A stretch of 36,975 nucleotides of DNA from Chitinophaga pinensis (GCA_945875195.1 CAMCJW010000002.1:1-36975); one strand, 5' to 3'; positions 19,262 through 29,216 are shown, counted from the stretch's first letter. Program-made: numbers and translations. Notes: generated by a model not told the origin, from the sequence alone.

Positions 19262-19930
19262 ATGCGCTTAAAGTCAATTCTGTTTTTCTTACTTTTACTA
19301 CATTTTAGTGCCGTATTTGCACAAGAAGACAGCACAGATTACGACGACGAACCTAATTATTGGGTCAAACCGTCAAACGACGAAAAATCGAGGTTTGGAA
19401 TAGTAATGGGTATTCAGGTAAGTTCTCTTTTGGGAACCGCATTGCCAGAAAATAGGCCTTTGATTGGTCTTTTAGGGGGCGCATATGGTCGGTTTAACTT
19501 CAAATCTGGCTGGTCTATTCAACAAGAGGCTCATATTTCTTTTAGGGGTGGTAATTTTGTTGCACAAGCCGGAGAAATAAGCTCCATAAAGCTGCTTTAT
19601 TTAGACTTTCCTTTCATGGTTTTCAAAAGATTCTCTAAAAAAAGCAAGCACCGCTTTGGTGCTGGTGTTCAATATTCAAGTTTAATTAATTCTTACATGT
19701 ATGTCGATTATGGTAGCTATCCTTTAGGTGCATCACCAAAATTAGATAAAAATGATTGGGCTCCACTTATTGCCTACCAATACCAATTCCCTTTTTTTGC
19801 CCTTCAGGGTTCTGCAAAATATGGCCTAAGAAACTTAAACCTTGGGCAGGAATGGCCTGAAAGCGCAAAACCACTCAATAACGGCGGAGTGCTCAATAGC
19901 TTTGTAGTTGCTGTTAACATTATTTTTTAA
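19262..19930 (+). CDS. Small outer-membrane beta-barrel (porin/PorT-like) protein
   Basis: 222 aa with a signal peptide ending AVFAQ. It shows alternating hydrophobic beta-strand patterning and a C-terminal ...VAVNIIF. Confidence 0.5.
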   Translation: MRLKSILFFLLLLHFSAVFAQEDSTDYDDEPNYWVKPSNDEKSRFGIVMGIQVSSLLGTALPENRPLIGLLGGAYGRFNFKSGWSIQQEAHISFRGGNFVAQAGEISSIKLLYLDFPFMVFKRFSKKSKHRFGAGVQYSSLINSYMYVDYGSYPLGASPKLDKNDWAPLIAYQYQFPFFALQGSAKYGLRNLNLGQEWPESAKPLNNGGVLNSFVVAVNIIF

Positions 19931-19931
19931 T

Positions 19932-20735
19932 ATGTATAGTCGCCAAAAACTAATCTCAGAAATTCAACGCAAAAAATCTTTTCTCTGTGTTGGTCTTGAT
20001 ACAGATATTACAAAAATTCCAAAACACTTATTGTCTGAGCCTGATCCCATTTTTAGCTTCAACAAAGCTATTATAGACGCTACAAAAGATTATTGTGTTT
20101 CCTACAAGATAAATACTGCCTTCTTTGAAGCAGCGGGCGCAAAAGGATGGGAAAGCATGCAACGTACTTTTGATTATTTACCTAAAGAGTGTTTCACAAT
20201 TGCAGATGCTAAACGTGGTGATATTGGAAATACCAGCAACCAATATGCAAAAGCGTTTTTTGAAACGCTCAATGCAGATTCTGTTACTCTTGCTCCTTAT
20301 ATGGGCAATGATTCAATAGCCCCTTTTTTTCAATATCCCGGCAAATGGGGTATCGTTTTGGCCCTTACCTCAAACCCCGGAAGTGCAGATTACGAACAAC
20401 AAAAAATAGGTGACAAATTTTTATTCGAGCATGTGCTTGAAAATACCTGTAAAATAGGTTCAGAAGAAAACCTCATGTTTGTTGTTGGTGCAACAAAACC
20501 TCAAGAGTTTAGTATCATTCGCAAACATGCCCCTAATCACTTCCTCCTTGTTCCTGGAATTGGCGCCCAAGGTGGCAGCCTGCAGGAAGTAGTAAAATAT
20601 GGAAAATCGGCGGATATCGGATTGCTCATAAATGCCTCTAGAAGTATTATTTATGCTTCATCTGGACTAAATTTTGCTGAGGATGCCACCAAAGAGGCCA
20701 TGAAACTCCAGCAAGAGATGATGCCATTTATCTAG
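19932..20735 (+). CDS. pyrF: Orotidine-5'-phosphate decarboxylase (type 2)
   Basis: Motifs FLCVGLDTD and ADAKRGDIGNTS. I place the start at ATG 19932 (MYSRQKL), directly after the stop of the upstream gene. Confidence 0.9.
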   Translation: MYSRQKLISEIQRKKSFLCVGLDTDITKIPKHLLSEPDPIFSFNKAIIDATKDYCVSYKINTAFFEAAGAKGWESMQRTFDYLPKECFTIADAKRGDIGNTSNQYAKAFFETLNADSVTLAPYMGNDSIAPFFQYPGKWGIVLALTSNPGSADYEQQKIGDKFLFEHVLENTCKIGSEENLMFVVGATKPQEFSIIRKHAPNHFLLVPGIGAQGGSLQEVVKYGKSADIGLLINASRSIIYASSGLNFAEDATKEAMKLQQEMMPFI

Positions 20736-20859
20736 GTTCGTGTTTTCTTTTTTGAGGGAATAGTCTCATATTTGGTTTTTATATTAATGTGGTTTTTCGA
20801 ATATCAAACCAATAAAAATGATATAACTATTGACTGTTCGGTTTTAATAAGGAAAAACG

Positions 20860-22188
20860 ATGTTTTGGATTCAACTAATCTTACTACTTGCATTTATTTT
20901 AATAGGTGCACAACTAAAGGGCATAGGCCTTGGTATTATGGGGGCTTTAGGCACGCTTATTTTTGTTTATGGGTTTGGCATGCCAGCTGGCAACGCACCT
21001 ATTGAGGTGATGTTAATTATTCTATGCGTAGTCACAGCGGCTGCATCTATGCAGGTTGCCGGCGGCATGGACTATATGGTTAGCCTCGCAGAAAAATTAA
21101 TTCGCAAAAAACCTTCACTAATTACATTCATTGGGCCATCTGTTACTTTCCTTTTTACTGCACTTGCTGGTACCGCACATATCACCTATTCTATTCTTCC
21201 AATCATTGCCGAGGTTTCTGCAAAAACAGGCATCAGACCAGAAAGGCCATTAAGCATTTCAGTGATTGCGTCCGACTTTGGTATCATTGCTTGTCCAATT
21301 TCTGCTGCAACGGTTGCTTTGCTCAACGAATTAAATGGCATTGAAGGCAACACCTACGGGCTTTTAGACATTTTGAAGGTTTGTGTGCCTGCGTGTATTG
21401 TAGGCCTTGCTGTTGGTGCCTTTGTAGCCAATTCTCTAGGTAAAGATTTAAAAGACGATTTAGAATACCAAGAAAAATTAAAAGACCCAGAATTCAAAAA
21501 GAGTATTGAAGGTAATCAAGAAACAGCAACGAAAGTATTTTCTTTAGCGTCTAAATTGTCGGTGCTGGTTTTCCTTTTGGGTGTTATTGCTGTAGTTATT
21601 ATGGGAATTATTTTTCCGGCTAACAAAGAATATTTTGAAAAAACACTCCATATTTCTATGGAAAAAAACATCCAGTTAATCATGCTTTGTGTGGTATTAA
21701 TTAACGTACTTCTAGCAAAAGTAAAAGCACCAGATATTGCTAAAAGTAGCATATTTAGAGCAGGAACCGAGGCCGTGGTAAGTATTTTTGGGGTAGTTTG
21801 GATGAGCAACACATTTGTTCTAGCAAATCAAGGTGTTTTAATTGATGGTTTGCAGGGTGTTGTTGGGCAATTTGGGTGGATATTTGCAATTGCCTTGTTT
21901 TTTATGGCTGCACTGCTATTCAGCCAAGCCTCAACAGTTAAAACTATTATGCCACTCGGTATCAAATTAGGCCTTTTACAACCATCTTTAATTTTTATGT
22001 ATCCGGCCGTTGCAGGAATATTCTTTATCCCAAGTTATCCTACAATCATTGCGGCTATTAATTTCGATAAAACAGGTACAACAAAAGTTGGCAAATACTT
22101 GCTCAATCATAGTTTTATGATTCCAGGCATAACCACCGCAATTGTAACAGTTATTGTAGCTTATTTTATAAGTTCTGCTGTCTTTTAA
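20860..22188 (+). CDS. Anaerobic C4-dicarboxylate transporter, DcuA/DcuB family
   Basis: 442 aa and polytopic. The N-terminal ~150 aa follow the Dcu pattern (LIGAQLKGIGLG ... MQVAGGMDYMVSLAEKLIRKKP ... GIRPERPLSISVIAS ... CPISAATV). Confidence 0.85.
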   Translation: MFWIQLILLLAFILIGAQLKGIGLGIMGALGTLIFVYGFGMPAGNAPIEVMLIILCVVTAAASMQVAGGMDYMVSLAEKLIRKKPSLITFIGPSVTFLFTALAGTAHITYSILPIIAEVSAKTGIRPERPLSISVIASDFGIIACPISAATVALLNELNGIEGNTYGLLDILKVCVPACIVGLAVGAFVANSLGKDLKDDLEYQEKLKDPEFKKSIEGNQETATKVFSLASKLSVLVFLLGVIAVVIMGIIFPANKEYFEKTLHISMEKNIQLIMLCVVLINVLLAKVKAPDIAKSSIFRAGTEAVVSIFGVVWMSNTFVLANQGVLIDGLQGVVGQFGWIFAIALFFMAALLFSQASTVKTIMPLGIKLGLLQPSLIFMYPAVAGIFFIPSYPTIIAAINFDKTGTTKVGKYLLNHSFMIPGITTAIVTVIVAYFISSAVF

Positions 22189-22279
22189 TCTCTTTTGAAT
22201 AGTTTATGTGTTCTAAGTGTATTTAAGGCGCTTATTTTTATTAAAAGGGGGTTTAATGGCCTAAGTGTATTTTCATAAA

Positions 22280-22333
22280 AAAACCTCTCACAAAAATGTA
22301 AGAGGTTTTTAAAACCAATACGGCCGAAGGCCG
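22280..22333. terminator. Two hairpins between the convergent dcu and deoxyhypusine-synthase-like genes
   Basis: AAAACCTCT, a 12-nt loop, then AGAGGTTTT at 22280-22309, with T-runs on both strands. A GC-rich CGGCC-GAA-GGCCG hairpin sits at 22321-22333, 10 nt past the stop at 22343. Confidence 0.55.
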
Positions 22334-22342
22334 AAAAAAATT

Positions 22343-23317
22343 TTACCAGCCCAAAATCCAAGCAAACATAAGTGGCGCAACAATAGTAGCATCACTTTCT
22401 ACAATAAACTTAGGTGTATGTATGTCTAATTTTCCCCAAGTAATTTTTTCGTTTGGCACTGCTCCACTATAAGAGCCGTACGACGTTGTAGAATCACTTA
22501 TTTGGCAGAAATACCCCCAAAACGGAACATCGGTCATTTCCATATCTTGGTATAACATTGGTACCACACAAATTGGGAAATCTCCCGCAATACCACCACC
22601 TATTTGAAAAAATCCAATCCCTTTTCCTGCAGAGTTTTTTACGTACCAATCTGCCAACCAAGCCATATACTCAATTCCAGATTTCATGGTGGTAGCTTTT
22701 ATCTCATTCTTAATTACATAAGAGGCAAAGATATTTCCCATGGTAGAATCCTCCCAACCTGGAACCACTATTGGTAGATTAGCTTTCGCTGCTGCTAACA
22801 TCCAAGAGTTCTGAGGGTCAATTTCATAATATTGCTCTAGTTCACCACTCAATAAAATTTTATACATGAATTCATGAGGAAAGAAACGCTCTCCCGCTGT
22901 ATCTGCATCTTTCCAAATTTTATGAATATGCTTTTGTAACCTTCTAAAGGCTTCTTCTTCTGGTATACATGTATCTGTAACTCGGTTGTAATGGTTTTCT
23001 AATAAATCCCATTCATCCTGTGGCGACAAATCTCTATAATTTGGTACGCGCTTGTAATGTGAATGTGCAACCAAATTCATGATATCCTCTTCTAAATTTG
23101 CACCAGTACAAGATATAATGTCTACCTTACCTTGTCTAATCATTTCTGCCAGTGATTTTCCAAGCTCCGCTGTACTCATAGCTCCAGCAAGTGTAATCAT
23201 CATTTTACCACCTTCAGTTAAATGAGTTTCATAACCTTTGGCTGCATCTACTAATGCTGCCGCGTTAAAATGCTTGTAGTGTGTCTCAATAAACTGAGAA
23301 ATTGGTCCTTTATTCAT
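22343..23317 (-). CDS. Deoxyhypusine synthase family protein (bacterial DHS / homospermidine-synthase-like)
   Basis: 324 aa. FNAAALVDAAKGY ... MMITLAGAMSTAELGKSLAEMIRQGKVDIISCTGANLEEDI matches the DHS family fold signature. Confidence 0.8.
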   Translation of the reverse strand: MNKGPISQFIETHYKHFNAAALVDAAKGYETHLTEGGKMMITLAGAMSTAELGKSLAEMIRQGKVDIISCTGANLEEDIMNLVAHSHYKRVPNYRDLSPQDEWDLLENHYNRVTDTCIPEEEAFRRLQKHIHKIWKDADTAGERFFPHEFMYKILLSGELEQYYEIDPQNSWMLAAAKANLPIVVPGWEDSTMGNIFASYVIKNEIKATTMKSGIEYMAWLADWYVKNSAGKGIGFFQIGGGIAGDFPICVVPMLYQDMEMTDVPFWGYFCQISDSTTSYGSYSGAVPNEKITWGKLDIHTPKFIVESDATIVAPLMFAWILGW

Positions 23318-23331
23318 AATTATTTATTTAT

Positions 23332-24348
23332 TTATTCTGCACTAAATTGATTTAAAAACCTAACATCATTGTTGAAATAAGTTCTCAAATCTTTTACCTC
23401 ATATTTTAACATAGCAATTCTCTCTATCCCCATTCCAAAAGCAAATCCACTATATTTTTCTGGATCAATTCCACTTGCTTGTAATACATTTGGATCAATC
23501 ATACCACATCCTAGAATTTCTAACCAACCTGTTTGCTTACAAACATTACAACCTTTTCCCTTGCACAACAAACAACTAATATCCATTTCAGCACTTGGTT
23601 CAGTAAATGGAAAATAACTCGGTCTGAACCTAACCTGAACATCTTGCCCAAATAACTCTTGAATGAAATAATATAAGGTCTGTTTTAAATCAGCAAAACT
23701 CACCTTTTCATCAATATATATACCTTCTATTTGGTGAAAAAAACAATTGGCTCGAGCCGAAATTGCTTCATTTCTATAAACTCTTCCTGGCATAATAGCT
23801 CTGATAGGAACAGTCTGTTTCTCCATTAATCTAACCTGAACCGAAGAGGTATGTGTTCTCAATGCGATGTCGGCAGATATAAAAAAAGTATCCTGCATAT
23901 CCCTAGCTGGATGGTTTGCAGGAAAATTTAAAGCCGAAAAATTATGCCAATCATCTTCAATCTCTGGACCTTCTGCATAAACAAATCCAAGCTTTTTAAA
24001 AATTTCTATTACCTCATTTTCAACAATGGAGAGTGGATGTCGCGATCCATCAAAAGTGGCTTCAGAACTAAGACTTAAATCAATTTTACTATCTTTATCT
24101 TTTGAGGAATTACTTTCAAATTGGGATTGAGCTTCCTCCCATTTTTGCTGAGCTTTTTGTTTTACTTGGTTCAATAAAGCTCCCATTTCTTTCTTCATCT
24201 CAACCGGAACTGTTTTAAATTGTTCAAACAGCTCATTCAACTCACCTTTCTTCGATAAAAATTTCAAACGAAATATTTCAACTTGCTCATTCTGTTTAAT
24301 TTCAAATGATTCAACTTGCTGTTTAAATTTTTCTAACTCTTCTTTCAT
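23332..24348 (-). CDS. pheS: Phenylalanine--tRNA ligase alpha subunit
   Basis: Class II aaRS motifs FPANHPARDMQDTFF, YFPFTEPSAEMD and GFAFGMGIERIAMLKY. Confidence 0.95.
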   Translation of the reverse strand: MKEELEKFKQQVESFEIKQNEQVEIFRLKFLSKKGELNELFEQFKTVPVEMKKEMGALLNQVKQKAQQKWEEAQSQFESNSSKDKDSKIDLSLSSEATFDGSRHPLSIVENEVIEIFKKLGFVYAEGPEIEDDWHNFSALNFPANHPARDMQDTFFISADIALRTHTSSVQVRLMEKQTVPIRAIMPGRVYRNEAISARANCFFHQIEGIYIDEKVSFADLKQTLYYFIQELFGQDVQVRFRPSYFPFTEPSAEMDISCLLCKGKGCNVCKQTGWLEILGCGMIDPNVLQASGIDPEKYSGFAFGMGIERIAMLKYEVKDLRTYFNNDVRFLNQFSAE

Positions 24349-24368
24349 TTCTTTCGTTTTTCTGGAAT

Positions 24369-24376
24369 CAAAGGTA
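24369..24376 (-). promoter_or_regulatory. Candidate -7 promoter box (TAnnTTTG) for pheS
   Basis: The minus strand reads TACCTTTG (plus-strand CAAAGGTA at 24369-24376), 20 nt upstream of the pheS ATG. Confidence 0.35.
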
Positions 24377-24796
24377 ATTCATCCGTATCGTCTCTTGCAA
24401 GAGTTTTCAACCAACACAATGTATTATTCTTTAATATATCTTTTAATTTGTTTTATTAGTAAGCATGTGAATAGCGTGGAAAATATTTTTTTCTACCTAT
24501 TGTTAATATACTTATTAGAATTACTTAACAATTATTTAACGCGATATATATTAGATATCCAATGATTTAAATAAAATATCTACATAAGCAAATAGTGGTT
24601 TACACACTACTTTGGGGATAATAAGGTTTACCTATTTATGTTAATCTAAGGTGTAAAAAGTCGCTCTAACTATAACGCTATGCACAATGCGACATTTTAC
24701 TAAAGTTCTATACAAGCTAAATTGGGTTTATCAACTGTTTTATTAACAGAATTTAAAAATTGTCGCAATTGCTAATATGATTTAAATATCTGATAT

Positions 24797-26401
24797 TTAA
24801 TTATTTATAATTTTATTTAAATCTATAGTTTGTTCAACATCCCAATAAGCTTTTATGATAATTACTTGGTTATGGTAGAAGACCCTTTCTGCTTGTATCC
24901 CTTTTTTAAGATTTCCCCTATCCCAAACTTTATTTTTATTAAGGTCTTCAATAAGTTTTAATTTATAATTGCCTGGCTTTAAATCATTAAATTCCATAGT
25001 AGGGCTAAGTTTTGTAGTGTATTCTATAATTACTTTTTCTTCTGGACTATCCTCTACTATTTGGAAAATAAATGGTATTGGTGGAATATTGGTAATACTT
25101 AGTAAAAGGTTTCCGAAGTTCTTTGTATTGGGCTTTATAATTGATGTAGAAGTTACTTTGTTATATTTACCATATATATTTTTTAAGGCTGAATCAGCTA
25201 TGCTAAAGTTATAATTTATTCCTTCCTGAAAAGGATAATACACAACCCATTCAAAATGAGAAAGGGCATTAAAATATTTTGGTTTTAGTACAATAGAATC
25301 TTGTTTTAAAACAAGTTGATCAACAGTAAATTTTTCAATAGGTAAATTTGATTTTATATGGATGCTATCATTTGGTTTACTGAGCTCATCAATAGTTAAA
25401 ACAAAGTCCTTAAACTTACTTTTATTTTTTGTTCTCAACACTGATTTATAGGCAGTATCTGCATATTTTACTTCAAATGAAACCAATGAGGTATCTATCA
25501 TGTTGGGCAAGTAAATATTAACTGTATCTATATTATCTTTTCCTTTGCTTAAATTAGTGTAATAATCCTTTATTTCAACAGGTTTTATTGTAATGTCTTT
25601 TGGCCTATATACGCAAAATTGATATATACCCTTATACCTACTTAAACTATCTATAATTGTATTGTCGTCCTTTATAAAAGGTTCAAATAATTTAATATTT
25701 AACTTATTAGTCTCTTCTATTGCTATTATTGGGTTTGCCTCAAATGCGACTATTTCATTTTTTTGATATTTACTATCAGCATTTGCGTCTTTAAACGCCA
25801 ACAAAATGAATGTATCATTTGGTAAATTCTGTATATTAAATTCACCAGTTTCTTTACTTTTACCGAAATATGCAGGGTAATTTTTATATATGGTTGTATC
25901 ATTGAAAGTAGTCTTTTTATACAAGCCAATTAATATATCTTTTTCTGGTCTATTGTTAAATGCATAACTTACAATTCCACTTACAGTATTTGAATCTAAG
26001 ATATTACCAGTAGAAAAAACATAGGAATAATCGGATAGTATGTTTCCTTCATTCACATCCACTATACTGTTTCCAAAATTGATTGTGTAGGTTGTGTTTT
26101 TCTCTGGTTTGCTAACCAAAAACTCTATTAAAACTGTATTTCCAAGCGCCTCAATCTTTGGTTTTTCTTTTAATAATGGCGAAATGACTATTTGAGATGG
26201 ATCTTTTATTTGAATGTTTTCATCAAACTTTAGCGTAATTTTAGCTTGATCAAAATTTATCGATCTATTTTTTGGTTTTTCACCAGTAACCTTTGGGGAT
26301 ACCGTATCTTTTTTTCCTCCTGTTGGCGAAACCTGTTGGGCACAACCAAATAAAAGTAACAGGTAAATAAAGATAAAATAGTTAAGGTTGAGGTTCGGCA
26401 T
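24797..26401 (-). CDS. Lipoprotein with an N-terminal Ig-like (SbsA_Ig/Big_5-like) domain; function unknown
   Basis: Lipobox LLLFGC, followed by AQQVSPTGGKKDTVSPKV as seen in Ig-like-domain lipoproteins. The gene is very AT-rich and Asn/Lys/Ile-rich. It overlaps the upstream methyltransferase gene by 20 nt. Confidence 0.5.
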   Translation of the reverse strand: MPNLNLNYFIFIYLLLLFGCAQQVSPTGGKKDTVSPKVTGEKPKNRSINFDQAKITLKFDENIQIKDPSQIVISPLLKEKPKIEALGNTVLIEFLVSKPEKNTTYTINFGNSIVDVNEGNILSDYSYVFSTGNILDSNTVSGIVSYAFNNRPEKDILIGLYKKTTFNDTTIYKNYPAYFGKSKETGEFNIQNLPNDTFILLAFKDANADSKYQKNEIVAFEANPIIAIEETNKLNIKLFEPFIKDDNTIIDSLSRYKGIYQFCVYRPKDITIKPVEIKDYYTNLSKGKDNIDTVNIYLPNMIDTSLVSFEVKYADTAYKSVLRTKNKSKFKDFVLTIDELSKPNDSIHIKSNLPIEKFTVDQLVLKQDSIVLKPKYFNALSHFEWVVYYPFQEGINYNFSIADSALKNIYGKYNKVTSTSIIKPNTKNFGNLLLSITNIPPIPFIFQIVEDSPEEKVIIEYTTKLSPTMEFNDLKPGNYKLKLIEDLNKNKVWDRGNLKKGIQAERVFYHNQVIIIKAYWDVEQTIDLNKIINN

Positions 26402-27287
26402 GTTTAACTATAAACATTATTGATGAATAATTACCTGAAAACCAAGAAATTATATTAGATATAGTGCCAATAATCCCTCCTCTAATAAAACCAAATTTGT
26501 GTTTTTGATGGTATTCACTGCGCATTGATATATAGGGACCATCGAATAGCATTCCTTTTTGCTCCACCACCTCAAACCCATGTTTTTTCATCAATAATTT
26601 AAGGCTGTTTGAATTAAAATGATAAAGATGACGTGGAACATCATAGCCGTCCCAAAACGCCTTATAGTGCTTTGAATCCATCGAATTTGAAATTGGTACA
26701 GCAATAAACATGGTTCCATGAGGTTTTAAGATGCGCTTTAACAACTGCATCCTTTCTTCTAATTTGTGTACATGTTCCATTACGTGCCATTGGGTGATTA
26801 TATCGAAAGAATGATCGGCAATCATATTTAACTTATCTTCATTGATTACCTCAATATTGAATTCTTTTTTAACATAATCAATTGCCTCTTCTGATACATC
26901 GGCCCCAAGCGCATCAAAAGCACCATCTTTTTTGGTTCCGTTTAAAAAGTAACCCAAGCCACAGCCCAAATCTAAAAGGTTACCTTGTTGATGGTATTTC
27001 TTGATGGTTTTTAATTTGTTACCAATACTAAAATTTCTTACCCAATCGTATATTTTGTAAGTTACTCCCAACTCCGACTTATCAGTACCGGCATGGGAAA
27101 TATATTTATCCGATTGGTAATATCTACCTATCTCTGCTTCATTAGGGCGGGGATTTGTAAACTGTAAGTGACAATTGTTACAAGCCATCACAGTGAAACT
27201 TTCACCACTGGCCACATAATCCTTACATTCAAATAGAGGAGTAAAAAGGGTCTCCTTGCATACTGGGCATTGTTCTAATTTTTCCAC
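26382..27287 (-). CDS. Class I SAM-dependent methyltransferase with an N-terminal double-CxxC zinc ribbon
   Basis: C7-x2-C10 and C36-x2-C39 (CPVC ... CNNC). SAM-binding motif I is LLDLGCGLGYF. It starts 18 nt after the mnmG stop. Confidence 0.8.
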   Translation of the reverse strand: MEKLEQCPVCKETLFTPLFECKDYVASGESFTVMACNNCHLQFTNPRPNEAEIGRYYQSDKYISHAGTDKSELGVTYKIYDWVRNFSIGNKLKTIKKYHQQGNLLDLGCGLGYFLNGTKKDGAFDALGADVSEEAIDYVKKEFNIEVINEDKLNMIADHSFDIITQWHVMEHVHKLEERMQLLKRILKPHGTMFIAVPISNSMDSKHYKAFWDGYDVPRHLYHFNSNSLKLLMKKHGFEVVEQKGMLFDGPYISMRSEYHQKHKFGFIRGGIIGTISNIISWFSGNYSSIMFIVKHAEPQP

Positions 27288-27304
27288 TTGGCAAAATAAA
27301 GGAA

Positions 27305-29176
27305 TTATCTGCCTAAATGCACCATAAGAATTGAAACATCTGAAGGAGATATTCCACTTATTCTTGAAGCTTGTCCCAATGTTTTTGGTCTTTGCCTATT
27401 TAATTTTTCACGAGCCTCTAATGAAATCGATTTTACGGATTGGTAGTTGAAGTCCTCATGAATCACAAAATCTTCTAATCGATTCATTTTTTCGACCAGC
27501 AGTTGTTCCTTTTCTAAATACCCCTCATATTTCATTAATATTTCTGCCTGCATTAATGTATCTGCCTGATAATTTTCTGTAAAATCAGAAATCAACGGAA
27601 TGCCCTTTATCATTAAATCAATATTTAACTGAGGCCTGCTCAGTATTTGTATCAGTTTATAGTTTTGGTTTATTGGGCTTGTTTCCAGCTTCTCTAATAG
27701 CGGATTTACGTCGTTTGGAATGATGGATGTTTTTGTAAAATAATCTATAATTTTTGAGGTGTCGCTGATTTTCTTTTCAACTTGAGTCAAGCTTTCAGCG
27801 CTCGCCAATCCAATTTTATGTGATTTTTCTGTAAGCCTGATATCACCATTATCTTGTCGTAGCATCAGCCTATATTCTGCTCTTGAAGTAAACATTCTAT
27901 AAGGCTCATCCGTTCCCTTATTTACCAAATCATCTATTAATACGCCAATGTAAGCGTCTGATCTCGACAATACGAATGGATCCTTATCATTGATTTTTAG
28001 GTGGGCATTGATACCGGCCATCAATCCTTGGCAAGCCGCCTCCTCGTATCCGGTTGTCCCATTAATCTGTCCAGCAAAGTATAGGTTTTCAATCTTTAGT
28101 GTTTCTAGGGTTAGGTTCAGTTGTGTAGGTGGAAAGTAATCATATTCTATGGCGTAACCTGGTCTAAAGATTTTTACCTTTTCAAATCCTGGAATTAGCT
28201 TCATAGCCTTAAATTGAACTTCTTCTGGCAATGATGTTGAGAATCCATTAATGTACATCTCTACAGTATTCCATCCTTCTGGCTCTACGAATATTTGATG
28301 CCTATTTCTCTCTGCAAACCTGTTTATTTTATCTTCAATAGATGGACAATATCTTGGGCCTAAACCCTGTATCCTTCCGGCATACATTGGAGAATCATCG
28401 AAGCCGGTTCTTAATATATCATGTACATCTTGGTTAGTATAGGTTATCCAACAGCATCGTTGGTTTTGAACCGCTTTGGTTTTATTGGAATAGGAGAATT
28501 TTTCTGGGTTTTCATCGCCCTCTTGTACCTCCATTTTTGTATAATCTAGACTCCTGCCATCTACCCGCGGTGGCGTGCCTGTTTTCATTCTACCGGCTTC
28601 GAACCCCAATTCTAGTAATTGTTCAGTAATACCCTTAGCAGCTTTTTCTCCAATTCTCCCTCCTCCAAACTGCTTTTTACCAATATGAATAATTCCATTT
28701 AAAAAGGTACCACTTGTTAAAATCACAGATTTAGATTTTATTTCCTGACCCATTCCCGTTATAACACCGCATAGTTTATTGTTCTCAACCAGAAGACCGC
28801 TAACCATGTCTTGCCAGAAATCAACATTGGGAGTCTCCTCTAACATTTCTCTCCAGTATTGACTAAATAGCATCCTGTCGTTTTGTGCCCTGGGGCTCCA
28901 CATAGCTGGCCCCTTTGACCTATTGAGCATTCTAAACTGAATGGTCGATTTATCGGAAACTATTCCGGAGTATCCGCCAATGGCATCTATTTCTCTCACA
29001 ATCTGTCCTTTGGCAATTCCCCCCATTGCCGGATTACAGCTCATTTGGGCAATCTTATTCATGTCCATGGTTATCAATAGTACCGAAGACCCAAGATTTG
29101 CCCCCGCCGCTGCCGCTTCACAACCCGCGTGCCCAGCCCCAACTACAATTATATCGTATTCTTTAAATATGCTCAT
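27305..29176 (-). CDS. mnmG: tRNA uridine-5-carboxymethylaminomethyl(34) synthesis enzyme MnmG (GidA)
   Basis: 623 aa. FAD-binding motif [16 protein letters not shown], and family-typical [11 protein letters not shown] and [15 protein letters not shown]. Confidence 0.95.
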   Translation of the reverse strand: MSIFKEYDIIVVGAGHAGCEAAAAGANLGSSVLLITMDMNKIAQMSCNPAMGGIAKGQIVREIDAIGGYSGIVSDKSTIQFRMLNRSKGPAMWSPRAQNDRMLFSQYWREMLEETPNVDFWQDMVSGLLVENNKLCGVITGMGQEIKSKSVILTSGTFLNGIIHIGKKQFGGGRIGEKAAKGITEQLLELGFEAGRMKTGTPPRVDGRSLDYTKMEVQEGDENPEKFSYSNKTKAVQNQRCCWITYTNQDVHDILRTGFDDSPMYAGRIQGLGPRYCPSIEDKINRFAERNRHQIFVEPEGWNTVEMYINGFSTSLPEEVQFKAMKLIPGFEKVKIFRPGYAIEYDYFPPTQLNLTLETLKIENLYFAGQINGTTGYEEAACQGLMAGINAHLKINDKDPFVLSRSDAYIGVLIDDLVNKGTDEPYRMFTSRAEYRLMLRQDNGDIRLTEKSHKIGLASAESLTQVEKKISDTSKIIDYFTKTSIIPNDVNPLLEKLETSPINQNYKLIQILSRPQLNIDLMIKGIPLISDFTENYQADTLMQAEILMKYEGYLEKEQLLVEKMNRLEDFVIHEDFNYQSVKSISLEAREKLNRQRPKTLGQASRISGISPSDVSILMVHLGR

Positions 29177-29208
29177 TTGAATGTTAGCTCTCTTTTGTTA
29201 TTTCATTG

Positions 29209-29216
29209 CAAAGTTA
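29209..29216 (-). promoter_or_regulatory. Candidate -7 promoter box (TAnnTTTG) for mnmG
   Basis: The minus strand reads TAACTTTG (plus-strand CAAAGTTA at 29209-29216), 32 nt upstream of the mnmG ATG. Confidence 0.35.

Noticed and set aside
20772-21005. 77-aa ORF overlapping the start of the Dcu transporter gene
   Set aside because: It overlaps the Dcu CDS in another frame. The Dcu N-terminus from ATG 20860 matches the family pattern from its first residues.
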